Shown: positions 34,299 to 43,825 of the stretch, one piece after another | How the letters are laid out: every line of letters begins with the position of its first letter | How positions within the stretch are numbered: the first letter of the stretch is position 1 | NCBI GenBank assembly: GCA_050239825.1 | Contig: JBFXGO010000016.1 | Location: forward strand, 1 to 46,474 | Source: a bacterium | GTDB taxonomy: Bacteria; Hydrothermota; 32-111 | DNA length: 46,474 nucleotides | Direction of reading: 5' to 3' | Program-made: the position numbers and the translations under genes | Notes under the pieces: generated by a model | Databases searched by the model: none | Told to the model about the DNA's origin: nothing | Seen by the model: only the letters and a program-made list of their open reading frames with translations

Positions 34299-36283
34299 CT
34301 GATTTTAAAGTTGTTTCACGATACTCTCCTGCCGGAGATCAGCCAAAGGCGATTGAAGAACTTTACAGAGGCATTGAGGAGAAAAAAAAGTATCAGGTGC
34401 TTCTCGGAATAACAGGTTCCGGAAAGACATACACGATGGCAAAAGTCATTGAGAGAGCCAATTTGCCGGTGCTGATACTCTCACACAACAAGACTCTTGC
34501 CGCTCAGCTTTACGGGGAGCTTAAATCTCTCTTCCCTCACAATGCAGTCGAATACTTTGTCTCATACTATGACTATTATCAGCCGGAGGCATACCTTCCC
34601 GCAAAGGATGTGTACATTGAGAAAGAGGCGACTATAAATGAATACATAGACAAAATGCGCCTTAGAGCGACTGCATCTTTATATGAAAGGGATGATGTTA
34701 TTATAGTCTCGTCAGTCTCATCAATATATACTTTGGGCTCTCCGGAGGATTATAACAATACAATTTTCAGCATAAGAAGAGGCAATTCATTGAGTCAGGA
34801 AAAGCTGATTGACAATCTCATTATGATGCAGTATGAGAGAAATGACATTGATTTCAAAAGGGCGAGATTCAGGGTTATGGGAGACACTATTGATATTTTC
34901 CCTTCTCATCTCGACTCTCCTGTGAAAGTGCAGTTCTTTGGCGATGAGATTGAGGAATTATTCGTGTTTGACGAATTGAATAATTCAAAAATAGAGGATA
35001 AAGAGGTTGTGTCAATGTTTCCCGCAAAGCATTTCATGTCAGGAGATGAAAAAATAAAAAGAGCCGTTGTCTCTATAAGAGAGGAACTGAAGGAGAGGGT
35101 AACTGAACTCAGGGGAATGGGGAAGATGCTTGAAGCTGAACGCCTGAATTCAAGAACCAACTATGACCTTGAGATGATGAAAGAGGTGGGATACTGCTCC
35201 GGAATTGAAAATTATTCCAGACATATTGACGGACGCGCTGAAGGGCAGAGGCCATATACTCTTGTAGATTATTTTAGAGGAGATTTTCTCACAGTAATAG
35301 ATGAATCGCATGTGACAATACCGCAGATAAGGGGAATGTACAATGGAGACAGAGCGAGAAAAATGAATCTTGTGGATTACGGATTCCGCTTGAAATCTGC
35401 TCTTGACAACAGACCTTTGAAACTGAATGAATTTGAAACAATAACCAAATCTATTGTCTGCATGTCCGCCACTCCTGAAGCGTATGAAATTGACAGGTCC
35501 GACGGCAAGGTTACTGAGATGATAATCCGGCCTACAGGTCTTATAGACCCTGAGGTCGTAATAAAGAAATCAGAAAACCAGATTGATGACCTTATGAATG
35601 AGATAAAAAATGTTGTGGATAGGGAGGAGAGGGTTCTGGTCACAACTCTGACAAAGAGGATGGCTGAATCCCTGACCGACTATCTGAAGCAGAGGAATTT
35701 CAGAGTCAAGTATATGCATTCGGATATCGATTCGATTGAGAGAGTTTCAATAATCAGGGGGCTCAGGCTCAAGGAATTTGATGTTCTTGTCGGGATAAAT
35801 CTTTTAAGAGAGGGGCTTGACCTTCCGGAGGTCTCTCTTGTGGCTATCCTTGATGCAGACAAAGAAGGTTTTTTAAGGAGCGAGACATCTCTTATCCAGA
35901 CAATAGGAAGAGCTTCGAGAAATGTGAGGGGAAGGGTCATTCTTTATGCGGACAAGATGACAAAATCCATCGATAAAGCAGTCTCTACGACAAACAAAAG
36001 AAGGGAATCCCAGATGAAGTATAATGAACTTATGGGGATCACTCCAAAGTCCATTTCAAGGTCTATTGAGGATATACTCGTTTTGACTGATGTAGCATCA
36101 AATGCGGATGTTGAGGAGGAAATAGAGACAAAGACAGAATCGATGTCAAACATAGAGAGGATGGAGCTTTTGGATTCTCTCACAAAGAAGATGCACGAGC
36201 TGTCCGCAGAGCTAGAATTTGAAAAAGCGGCCGAGGTGAGAGATATGATAAGAAAGGTAAGGAAAGAGATTAAGGATAATTGA
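34295..36283 (+). CDS. uvrB: Excinuclease ABC subunit B
   Basis: PAGDQP, GITGSGKT, FVSYYDYYQPEAY, DESH, GINLLREGLDLPEV, C-terminal UVR coil LEFEKAAEVRD. Confidence 0.99.
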   Translation: MTDFKVVSRYSPAGDQPKAIEELYRGIEEKKKYQVLLGITGSGKTYTMAKVIERANLPVLILSHNKTLAAQLYGELKSLFPHNAVEYFVSYYDYYQPEAYLPAKDVYIEKEATINEYIDKMRLRATASLYERDDVIIVSSVSSIYTLGSPEDYNNTIFSIRRGNSLSQEKLIDNLIMMQYERNDIDFKRARFRVMGDTIDIFPSHLDSPVKVQFFGDEIEELFVFDELNNSKIEDKEVVSMFPAKHFMSGDEKIKRAVVSIREELKERVTELRGMGKMLEAERLNSRTNYDLEMMKEVGYCSGIENYSRHIDGRAEGQRPYTLVDYFRGDFLTVIDESHVTIPQIRGMYNGDRARKMNLVDYGFRLKSALDNRPLKLNEFETITKSIVCMSATPEAYEIDRSDGKVTEMIIRPTGLIDPEVVIKKSENQIDDLMNEIKNVVDREERVLVTTLTKRMAESLTDYLKQRNFRVKYMHSDIDSIERVSIIRGLRLKEFDVLVGINLLREGLDLPEVSLVAILDADKEGFLRSETSLIQTIGRASRNVRGRVILYADKMTKSIDKAVSTTNKRRESQMKYNELMGITPKSISRSIEDILVLTDVASNADVEEEIETKTESMSNIERMELLDSLTKKMHELSAELEFEKAAEVRDMIRKVRKEIKDN

Positions 36284-36319
36284 GAAAAGTTAAAACTGCT
36301 ATCTTAGCCTAATATAATC

Positions 36320-36348
36320 TTGACCCGAAAAGAGCATTGTAGTATGAT
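36320..36348 (+). promoter_or_regulatory. Sigma70-type promoter heading the cassette array
   Basis: TTGACC-17 bp-TATGAT, followed by AGGAGG and the ATG at 36369. Confidence 0.65.
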
Positions 36349-36368
36349 TATTATAATCAGGAGGCAGG

Positions 36369-37307
36369 ATGAAGAGACTTTTGACATTGTTTCTTGTGAT
36401 TGGAGTAGTAGAGATGTATGGCCAGACAATAGAGGGTGAACTACAAACAGAGACACAGGCAGAGACAGATACAATACAGCAAGCAGATACGATTACTCTA
36501 CCCGATACTATTGATGTTGAAAAAAAACTACAAACCAGCGATTTTGAATTAACAGAAGATAGTTCAATAATAAAACAAAATGAAAATGACGAATTGAAAA
36601 GAAAAAATAACGAAATATATTGTTGTTGTATGCTTGATTGGAGAGGGTTTCAGAAAAGACAGAATCAAGATTCTTCAGCATATAGCATCGGATATACTTT
36701 GAATGTTTATCCCAGAGTATTTTATTCATTGTACGACGGTCGAACATTCTTAGGGGCGGATCAAGACGGATACCTTTTTGCAGGCAATCCATTTTGCTTG
36801 TTTCATAAGATTGAAGTAAGTCATAACATGAATCTATTAAATAAAATACTATTTAAAATAGGATATAATTATGAGTATTCAAATTCAATTGATAAAGTAG
36901 CAGATGTATATGTGAAATCATCTAATTTAGAATATTCCTTGCGTTATTATAACGGATTGAACCTATTTACATTTCATTCTTTGGGTATAAATATGTATAA
37001 AGAATTCGGCTGTTTTAGAATGGGATTGTCTAATGGGATTACATATATGAAACAAGAGTTTTATGCAGTATATTTAAGTGATGACGAGTGGTATGATATT
37101 GATGTAAATAGGTTTCATTATCAAATCGGTATGAATGCAGGAATTAATTATACAGTATCAAATCATGTGACACTCAATTTTGGTATGGAGTATAAAAAGT
37201 ATTTTCAAATGGCATCTTACGTGAACTACCCAAACATAATTTATGATGTAAGTAAGATAAATCCAGGAATGGTTATGCATTATATAACACTAACCTTCAA
37301 TTTTTAG
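36369..37307 (+). CDS. Cassette 1 gene A1: predicted outer-membrane beta-barrel protein
   Basis: Signal peptide shared with A2/A3, acidic Thr-rich linker, aromatic alternating strands, C-terminal YITLTFNF (BAM-type beta-signal). Confidence 0.65.
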   Translation: MKRLLTLFLVIGVVEMYGQTIEGELQTETQAETDTIQQADTITLPDTIDVEKKLQTSDFELTEDSSIIKQNENDELKRKNNEIYCCCMLDWRGFQKRQNQDSSAYSIGYTLNVYPRVFYSLYDGRTFLGADQDGYLFAGNPFCLFHKIEVSHNMNLLNKILFKIGYNYEYSNSIDKVADVYVKSSNLEYSLRYYNGLNLFTFHSLGINMYKEFGCFRMGLSNGITYMKQEFYAVYLSDDEWYDIDVNRFHYQIGMNAGINYTVSNHVTLNFGMEYKKYFQMASYVNYPNIIYDVSKINPGMVMHYITLTFNF

Positions 37308-37315
37308 GAGAAAAT

Positions 37316-39661
37316 ATGAAAAAGGTATTATTCTACATATTCATACTTTACTCTACTAACTTGTTTTCAACTCCAATAATATTCATAACAGGAATTAAAT
37401 CTGAGGGTGTGGACACAATGGGATTCCTAACATGGAATGATATCAAAAAAGAGAATCCGGACGATCCAATTTATTACTCTTGCATGCATCAAGCAGTCGG
37501 TTATAAAGGATATCAATTATCTCCAGTGTTAGATTGTAATAAATATGTTGTTTTACCTTCTGGATTAGATGAAAACACGATGTTCAATTTTTCATATTAT
37601 GATACTTCAAGTTCAATACCTGGATTAATTTCAATTTCTGCTGATAGTATTAAAGTAGGATTCAAGATATTTAATTACATTAATGCTTTGGGAGCAGAAG
37701 TTTGTGATACGATTGCTTTCCCTCCGTTTTTAAAACAGTTTAAAGACGATGAATTTGACTATTTTGAATACTTTCCCAAATATATAGATGAATTTAGGTC
37801 GTATTCAATTATAATTAATGGAGAATTAATAGCTGGCTATAAAGTGACGCAAGAGTCTAAAGTATATAGACAATATTGGCGCACCAACCGCTATGCAGAG
37901 CATTTATGTAAATTTATAGATAAAGTATTAGCAGCCACTGGTGCGAGTAAAGTTAATCTTGTGTGTCATTCAATGGGTGGATTGGTTGCAAGGGCGGCTC
38001 TAATTGGATATGGATATTCGTCAAAAGTATATAAAATAATAACCGTAGGAACACCGCATCAATCACTGGAAGGTGATGCTGGAGAGTTGTTTTATAGATT
38101 ATTTGAAGTACCAAATGAATGGCAGAGATCAGGAGAGTTGATGGAGTTAGATGTTGAATATGATTATACCTATGGTGATATTGAATTTTATGATTTAGAA
38201 ACAGGTGTCGTTACGAATTTCGCTGATATGCTTGGTTACGATGTGAGTCCAACAAAGATTGTTTGCATTTCAGGCGATAGGAATGCTGGAGTTGGAGGAA
38301 CATTATACTCCAATGAATCAAATGACGGATTTATTTTTAATAGCATCTCAAAACTTTCTCCAAACAGTCTTGCAGATTATAATCCGATTATATATGCAAG
38401 TCATTCCATGTCTGGAGATATAGGAAGTTTCGGGAATTTAGGACAATCTGAATTATCATTAACTCACTGCACTTATGTAACAGAATTCATAAAAAAATGG
38501 CTTATAGATGATACCATAATTGAATTTACTGGAACTGCTGAGGATTTAGATGCTAAATTTTATGTGGTTAACGATGAGGAAGGCAATAAAACTTCTCGTT
38601 CAGTTAGAGTTCAAATTGAAAATAACGGAACATCCAATATTAATTATGGGGATTTTTTGTCGTTATTAGCTTATCCCATAGAGAAAATTGTAATAAGTGG
38701 TGATACCAATGAGAAAAGCCCATATGTTGGAATATCATTATCTAATGCGTATAACAATAATAGAATTATAGGTAATCCGATGGGAAGTCCAATCTTTATG
38801 ATGAATTGTGAATATAATAACACTACTTTTGATTTAACAGATGAATATCGCTCTGCAATTTATTTATATGATATGAAAGGACTAATAACCACTGATAAAA
38901 TTTACAATTATGCTCCTTTCGACAACTGGGTGAATGCTGAAGCACCGTATGTTAAGTTGCTGCCAAGCGCAACAGTTTTAACAGTGTTTACAGCTCTAAA
39001 CACATACACTATCGACTGGGAATCAAATGATATAGCTGTAAGGAATAGACTGTGGTATATAAGAGCTGGAAGTATAGAGATAATAGACAGCATGATACCC
39101 GGTTCAGCAATGAGTAAGAGTTTTAGGATACCGCCACTCAGGAGCAGTAAATCACACGGAATACCGGAGTATAATTTAATGAATATGTATCTTCGTTTTG
39201 AACTTGATGACAACGGCTATTTTTGCGAAGACAATAAATGGATAACAGTCAGTACGCCCGACTGGAACCCAGATAGTTTAAAATTAGTATATCAGGATGA
39301 GGATTCAATAAAAGTGAAATGGACAGACAGCTATAATTTAGTTGACAGAATAATAAGGTCAAACGACAACATGCAAAGGGATGTTTCTCCATTAAATACA
39401 TATACGGATACGAACTTTATAAGGGGTATGAATAACAACTATGAGGTACATTCGAGATGGGTATATCCGAACGGGGATATACTAATAAGCGAGAATGACA
39501 ATAACACACATAGAGAAACAGTGTTTGGAATACCGTGCAATGCTCCCAAAGCATATCCGATAGCTTGTATTTGGCAGCCAAACAATAAGGCATTGATAAA
39601 GTGGGTTGATAATTCAAGAAAAAGTGCTAATATGGGATTATATAATCAGGAGGCAGGATGA
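37316..39661 (+). CDS. Cassette 1 gene B1: secreted lipase-like alpha/beta-hydrolase, truncated in an FN3-like domain
   Basis: Signal peptide, KVNLVCHSMGG nucleophile elbow, TVGTPH, NDG, ASHS; ends WVDNS plus the junction-encoded tail RKSANMGLYNQEAG. Confidence 0.8.
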   Translation: MKKVLFYIFILYSTNLFSTPIIFITGIKSEGVDTMGFLTWNDIKKENPDDPIYYSCMHQAVGYKGYQLSPVLDCNKYVVLPSGLDENTMFNFSYYDTSSSIPGLISISADSIKVGFKIFNYINALGAEVCDTIAFPPFLKQFKDDEFDYFEYFPKYIDEFRSYSIIINGELIAGYKVTQESKVYRQYWRTNRYAEHLCKFIDKVLAATGASKVNLVCHSMGGLVARAALIGYGYSSKVYKIITVGTPHQSLEGDAGELFYRLFEVPNEWQRSGELMELDVEYDYTYGDIEFYDLETGVVTNFADMLGYDVSPTKIVCISGDRNAGVGGTLYSNESNDGFIFNSISKLSPNSLADYNPIIYASHSMSGDIGSFGNLGQSELSLTHCTYVTEFIKKWLIDDTIIEFTGTAEDLDAKFYVVNDEEGNKTSRSVRVQIENNGTSNINYGDFLSLLAYPIEKIVISGDTNEKSPYVGISLSNAYNNNRIIGNPMGSPIFMMNCEYNNTTFDLTDEYRSAIYLYDMKGLITTDKIYNYAPFDNWVNAEAPYVKLLPSATVLTVFTALNTYTIDWESNDIAVRNRLWYIRAGSIEIIDSMIPGSAMSKSFRIPPLRSSKSHGIPEYNLMNMYLRFELDDNGYFCEDNKWITVSTPDWNPDSLKLVYQDEDSIKVKWTDSYNLVDRIIRSNDNMQRDVSPLNTYTDTNFIRGMNNNYEVHSRWVYPNGDILISENDNNTHRETVFGIPCNAPKAYPIACIWQPNNKALIKWVDNSRKSANMGLYNQEAG
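39390..39617 (+). repeat. 228-bp direct repeat shared with 45852-46079
   Basis: Manual alignment at offset 6462 shows a single mismatch (C39499 / T45961); identity stops after ttgataattcaa. Confidence 0.95.
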
Positions 39662-39729
39662 AGAGACTTTTGACACTGATTCTTGTGATTGGAGTATTGG
39701 GGCTATACGGACAGACAACAGAGGGTGAA
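39539..39729 (+). repeat. Cassette junction repeat J1
   Basis: 191 bp matching 42755-42945 (offset 3216) with 11 mismatches; the core 39614-39664 is identical. Confidence 0.95.
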
Positions 39730-40668
39730 CTACAGATAGAAGCTGATACAACACAAAATGAAGATACAATAATTAAAGTCGATACTATTGGTGCTGAGAA
39801 TTTATCGATTGAGGGAGATACCGTTTCAACCATTGAAGAAAACATTGAAAGCATGAGTGTTTCAAGTAAGGGCAATGATGATTCACTGATTACAATAAAG
39901 AAGAATCCATGGCTTTATGATTGGAGATATGGGTGTTTGACAGATGGTCTGACCTATTTAATACCGATGATAACACTTTATTCAATTGCCGAGAAGGTTG
40001 ATGATAAATTTTTACCTCTTGATAATTACTGCACCCCATGTATATATCCAATAGGATTAGTCTTTGCTGAAAGGATGTTAAAGAGTATAATTTTAGAAAA
40101 AACTGAATATGAAATTAAATCAAAATCAAATTTATCTATTTGCTTCCAAACTGGACCATCACTTCCTCATTATACTAAACTGTTTGATTCTCAAGAAGGA
40201 GTTATCTTTCCATCCGTATCAATGATTTTACTAGCAAATTTTAAAGTCAAGTATGATTTTCAAATTAATCAGGACCTGAAATTATGTATAAATATTGATT
40301 ACTATGATCATTTTTATTTACGGAATATTAATCCGGGATTTATTTCTACAAGTTTTGGGTTGGAAATAAAGGGTTTTGATATTAATTTAGAGAAAGTCAT
40401 TTTTGGATATTATAATGAAATATCCCAAGGTCAATACCAAAAATTTGTATCAAATGAATATAAAATAATTGAAATTGATAGTAGCTACATAGTTAATTTC
40501 AAGTATGACTTCTGGGGTGTTGGAATTGGCTGGAGTAAAAAGTATAAGATATGGAAAGAACTATATATTGAACCAATGTTGAGTTATAAATTCATTTATA
40601 CATTCGATTTTAGTTCAGGAAGCATAGTTTGTCTTGCTGGTGGCTTGGGAATAGGTTATAGCTTTTAG
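39658..40668 (+). CDS. Cassette 2 gene A2: predicted outer-membrane beta-barrel protein
   Basis: Shared signal peptide MKRLLTLILVIGVLGLYGQTTEGE; C-terminal GGLGIGYSF beta-signal. Confidence 0.65.
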   Translation: MKRLLTLILVIGVLGLYGQTTEGELQIEADTTQNEDTIIKVDTIGAENLSIEGDTVSTIEENIESMSVSSKGNDDSLITIKKNPWLYDWRYGCLTDGLTYLIPMITLYSIAEKVDDKFLPLDNYCTPCIYPIGLVFAERMLKSIILEKTEYEIKSKSNLSICFQTGPSLPHYTKLFDSQEGVIFPSVSMILLANFKVKYDFQINQDLKLCINIDYYDHFYLRNINPGFISTSFGLEIKGFDINLEKVIFGYYNEISQGQYQKFVSNEYKIIEIDSSYIVNFKYDFWGVGIGWSKKYKIWKELYIEPMLSYKFIYTFDFSSGSIVCLAGGLGIGYSF

Positions 40669-40677
40669 GAGGAAAAA

Positions 40678-42877
40678 TTGAAAAATAGTATTTTATTAAT
40701 TATTTTATTATTTTCATTTTTATTTGCATATTCTAATGAAGTATTACCAAACATCATATTTATTCACGGAATAAGCGAAGAGGCAATACCAGATTTAAAA
40801 AGAGATAATGATGATGGATATAAGAAAGGTTCACTATTTTCATGGCATCCTTTGCGATATAATGAATCTTTAGGAAAGTATATAGAAGTGGACAGCACGG
40901 CTTTGCTTAGAATATTAGGTTATAAAGGATACAAAAAAGGGAGTCCCTTTGACTGCACAATAGACTCATATCCAAGAGATGCTTCCGGGAATGTTGTTTA
41001 CAATTTTAGCTATTATAATCCGGATGGAGATACTGGTGTTATTGGGAGCGGAGAGGATGAAGCCGGTAATCCCTTATTTATTCCAGCTTCTGAAAAATAT
41101 CAAGACGATTATTTGCTTGCATTCAAGCATGGCCAATGGGCAAAACACGTTGCTGTTTTCATAGAAAAAGTTTATAACAAGTCAGGAAAGAAAGTTTATA
41201 TAGTTGCTCATTCAATGGGAGGACCTGTAGTAAGAGCTGCAATGACTTTCTATGGAGCAGGAGAATATGTCGCGAAAGTAATAACTATAGGTTCTCCAAA
41301 CCTTCCCTTTACTCAATTTGATGCTGTTGAGGATTTTGTAGCAAATGTAGCTGATTATCATGAATGGCAAGAGGTAGGAGAATTGCTGGAATTGGGTGCA
41401 GATGTTGAACTCCATGCCGGTAGTGTTGCTTTTGTTTCAACTTCAAATCCTACTTTAATTAAGCCATATTTGGAATTTTTATATGACAATGATTTTATAA
41501 GGCTAAATAGAGGAAGCGTTAAATTAGCAACCGTTGTTGGAGCGAGGAAAACCATTTTGATGTCAATGTTGGAACAAAATGATGGTTTCATACCATGTTC
41601 ACAACAGAGCTTGGATTTTGCAGAAAGAAAACCTATAATATACGCAAGTCATTCAAGATTGAAAGAGTTTTTGAAAGTACCAATAAATGACACAATTCCT
41701 GAATACGCTGAGCAATATTCTACATTTCTTATCGAATTCATCAAGCATTGGATGATAGATGATACAGTCATAATTTATGATAAGAATAAACTGTCATCTT
41801 TGTCGGGGAATTTTGGATTTTACCCAAATGAAGAAAACCCGACGTCACGGTCTTTACGGCTATTAATTAATAGCTTAGATTCATACAATAACAAAACATA
41901 ATAATGGGATAATGGCAGTAGTGGGAACTACATTAAAAGAAAACTTTGATTCACGGGATGACATAGGGCCAACATATGCATATGATTTATCAGTATTATC
42001 AGAAAACAATAGAGTCAGAGGCCAACTAAGCGGAAGCCCTCTTTATACAAGTTTCTGCGGATATGATGATAAAGAAAATGATGTTTACTATTCGAGAATA
42101 TGGTTATATGACATGAACGGATACATTTTCCCTGATAGCGGGAACATGACAATTCCGCATGAATTGAGTTGGAAAAGCGCCACCGCGCCTTTTGTTGAAA
42201 TCAGATCAAAAATGCCTGTTACAAAAGCATTTAACAGCTATACTTTTGCTTGGAAGAGTAATGACATTTCGGCGAAATGTGATTTAAAAGTGCGAAACAC
42301 CTCCCTTGGTGAATATTGGTTGAAGGATATAGCATTGGCAAATTTGAACTATACATATAAGATAGCTCCAATGAGCAGTGGAAAGAGCATAACTGAAAGC
42401 AAGTTTAAGTTAAGGTTTCATCTTGATGATTATAAAAATTGGATTGAAGATTCCATAGGATCATATACACATACTCCCGACTGGAACTCAGACACATTAA
42501 AATTAGTATATCAGGATGAGGATTCGGTAAAAATATCATGGAAAGATCTGTATCATAATGAGGATTTAATATTTAGAAATGATGTGTTAATTGGAAGTTC
42601 GCCGTACAGAAATAGCTTTGTTGACAGTGATTATGAATTTAACACAGACTATACATATAGAGTAAATTCCGTATATCATTATACTTCAACCGATTCAATT
42701 GTCAGTATAAACGATAATTCTACAAATTATCTTTCTGTTAAAACGAATAGTTTAAATGCTCCCAAAGCATATCCGATAGCGTGTATCTGGCAACCTAACA
42801 ATAAGGCATTGATAAAATGGATTGACAACTCAAGAAAAAGTGCTAATATGGGATTATATAATCAGGAGGCAGGATGA
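40678..42877 (+). pseudogene. Cassette 2 gene B2: lipase-like hydrolase split by a +1 frameshift (ORFs 40678-41901 and 41912-42877) and truncated at the junction
   Basis: IIFIHG, AHSMGG, NDG, ASHS in the first ORF; the second ORF is collinear with the C-terminal halves of B1/B3; an extra A near 41900. Confidence 0.8.
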
Positions 42878-42945
42878 AGAAACTTTTGACATTGTTTCTT
42901 GTGATTGGAGTATTGGGGCTATACGGACAGACAACAGAGGGTGAA
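42755..42945 (+). repeat. Cassette junction repeat J2
   Basis: Copy of 39539-39729. Confidence 0.95.
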
Positions 42946-43824
42946 ATACAGACAGAAGCAACTACAACACAGCAGGTGGATACAATTACTCTACCCGATA
43001 CTATTGATGTTAAAGAATTGCAGATTGAAGATGATACAGCTTCATCAATTAAAGATTCATTATTTACGGGAGAAAGCAAAAAAGACCAAAAAGAGATAAT
43101 AGAAAAGAAGGATAGCCCGATATCATGCTGTTTAAACGGAAAAACCCAATCGGAACAAAAATCGAAATGGAACTTTGGAATAGGGTATGTCGCTGAATAT
43201 AATTATGCCGGACCCCATTTGACAGCAGATTATTTGGACAGAGTTGAATGGTTCGGTGAACTAAGCTTAAATCAACTGTTGACATTATTTAATTATTGGA
43301 TGAATGGTGCTGAAATGTATATAAAATGCTCAAAATTAAACAGATTATTCTTAAGCAATACAACAAGCTATGCATACACAGAAAGAACCAATTGTGCAAT
43401 TATGACAGATTATGTCATTCTTGATGATTCAACTTTAGCAGCAAATTATAATGTTTATAATATAAAGAAAATTTCTTCTAGTTTTTTATTTTCTAAAAAT
43501 AACTTTGTTTTTGGTGGACCTTGTATTGAAATTACAGATGTAGCAGGATTAGAAACTCTATATAAACGAAAGGATGAACAATGGCAAAAAGATAGTACAA
43601 AAGTCCAAAGGATTGGATTGGGCCTGGGAGTTGCTTTCAGAGTTATATATAATTCAATGCAGGTGAATAATATGAAATTGCCAATATTATGGTTTGGAAT
43701 AAGAATAGGTCAAACGATAGAGGTGTGGAATAACTCGCCATGGAAGGAAGTTTGGTGTGATAGCAAACTTATAGTTGGTTTCACTGGCATTAATTTCGGG
43801 CTTCAACTAAATTGGGGAAAATAA
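42874..43824 (+). CDS. Cassette 3 gene A3: predicted outer-membrane beta-barrel protein
   Basis: Shared signal peptide, DTITLPDTIDV shared with A1, IGLGLGVAFR strand, C-terminal GINFGLQLNWGK. Confidence 0.6.
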   Translation: MKKLLTLFLVIGVLGLYGQTTEGEIQTEATTTQQVDTITLPDTIDVKELQIEDDTASSIKDSLFTGESKKDQKEIIEKKDSPISCCLNGKTQSEQKSKWNFGIGYVAEYNYAGPHLTADYLDRVEWFGELSLNQLLTLFNYWMNGAEMYIKCSKLNRLFLSNTTSYAYTERTNCAIMTDYVILDDSTLAANYNVYNIKKISSSFLFSKNNFVFGGPCIEITDVAGLETLYKRKDEQWQKDSTKVQRIGLGLGVAFRVIYNSMQVNNMKLPILWFGIRIGQTIEVWNNSPWKEVWCDSKLIVGFTGINFGLQLNWGK

Positions 43825-43825
43825 A

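Noticed and set aside
39600..39660. Integron attC or Xer dif site at the cassette junctions
   Set aside because: No RYYYAAC...GTTRRRY attC stem is present. The resemblance to dif (TAA-N7-TTAT) is weak and lacks the TTATGTTAAAT arm. No integrase is in the window.
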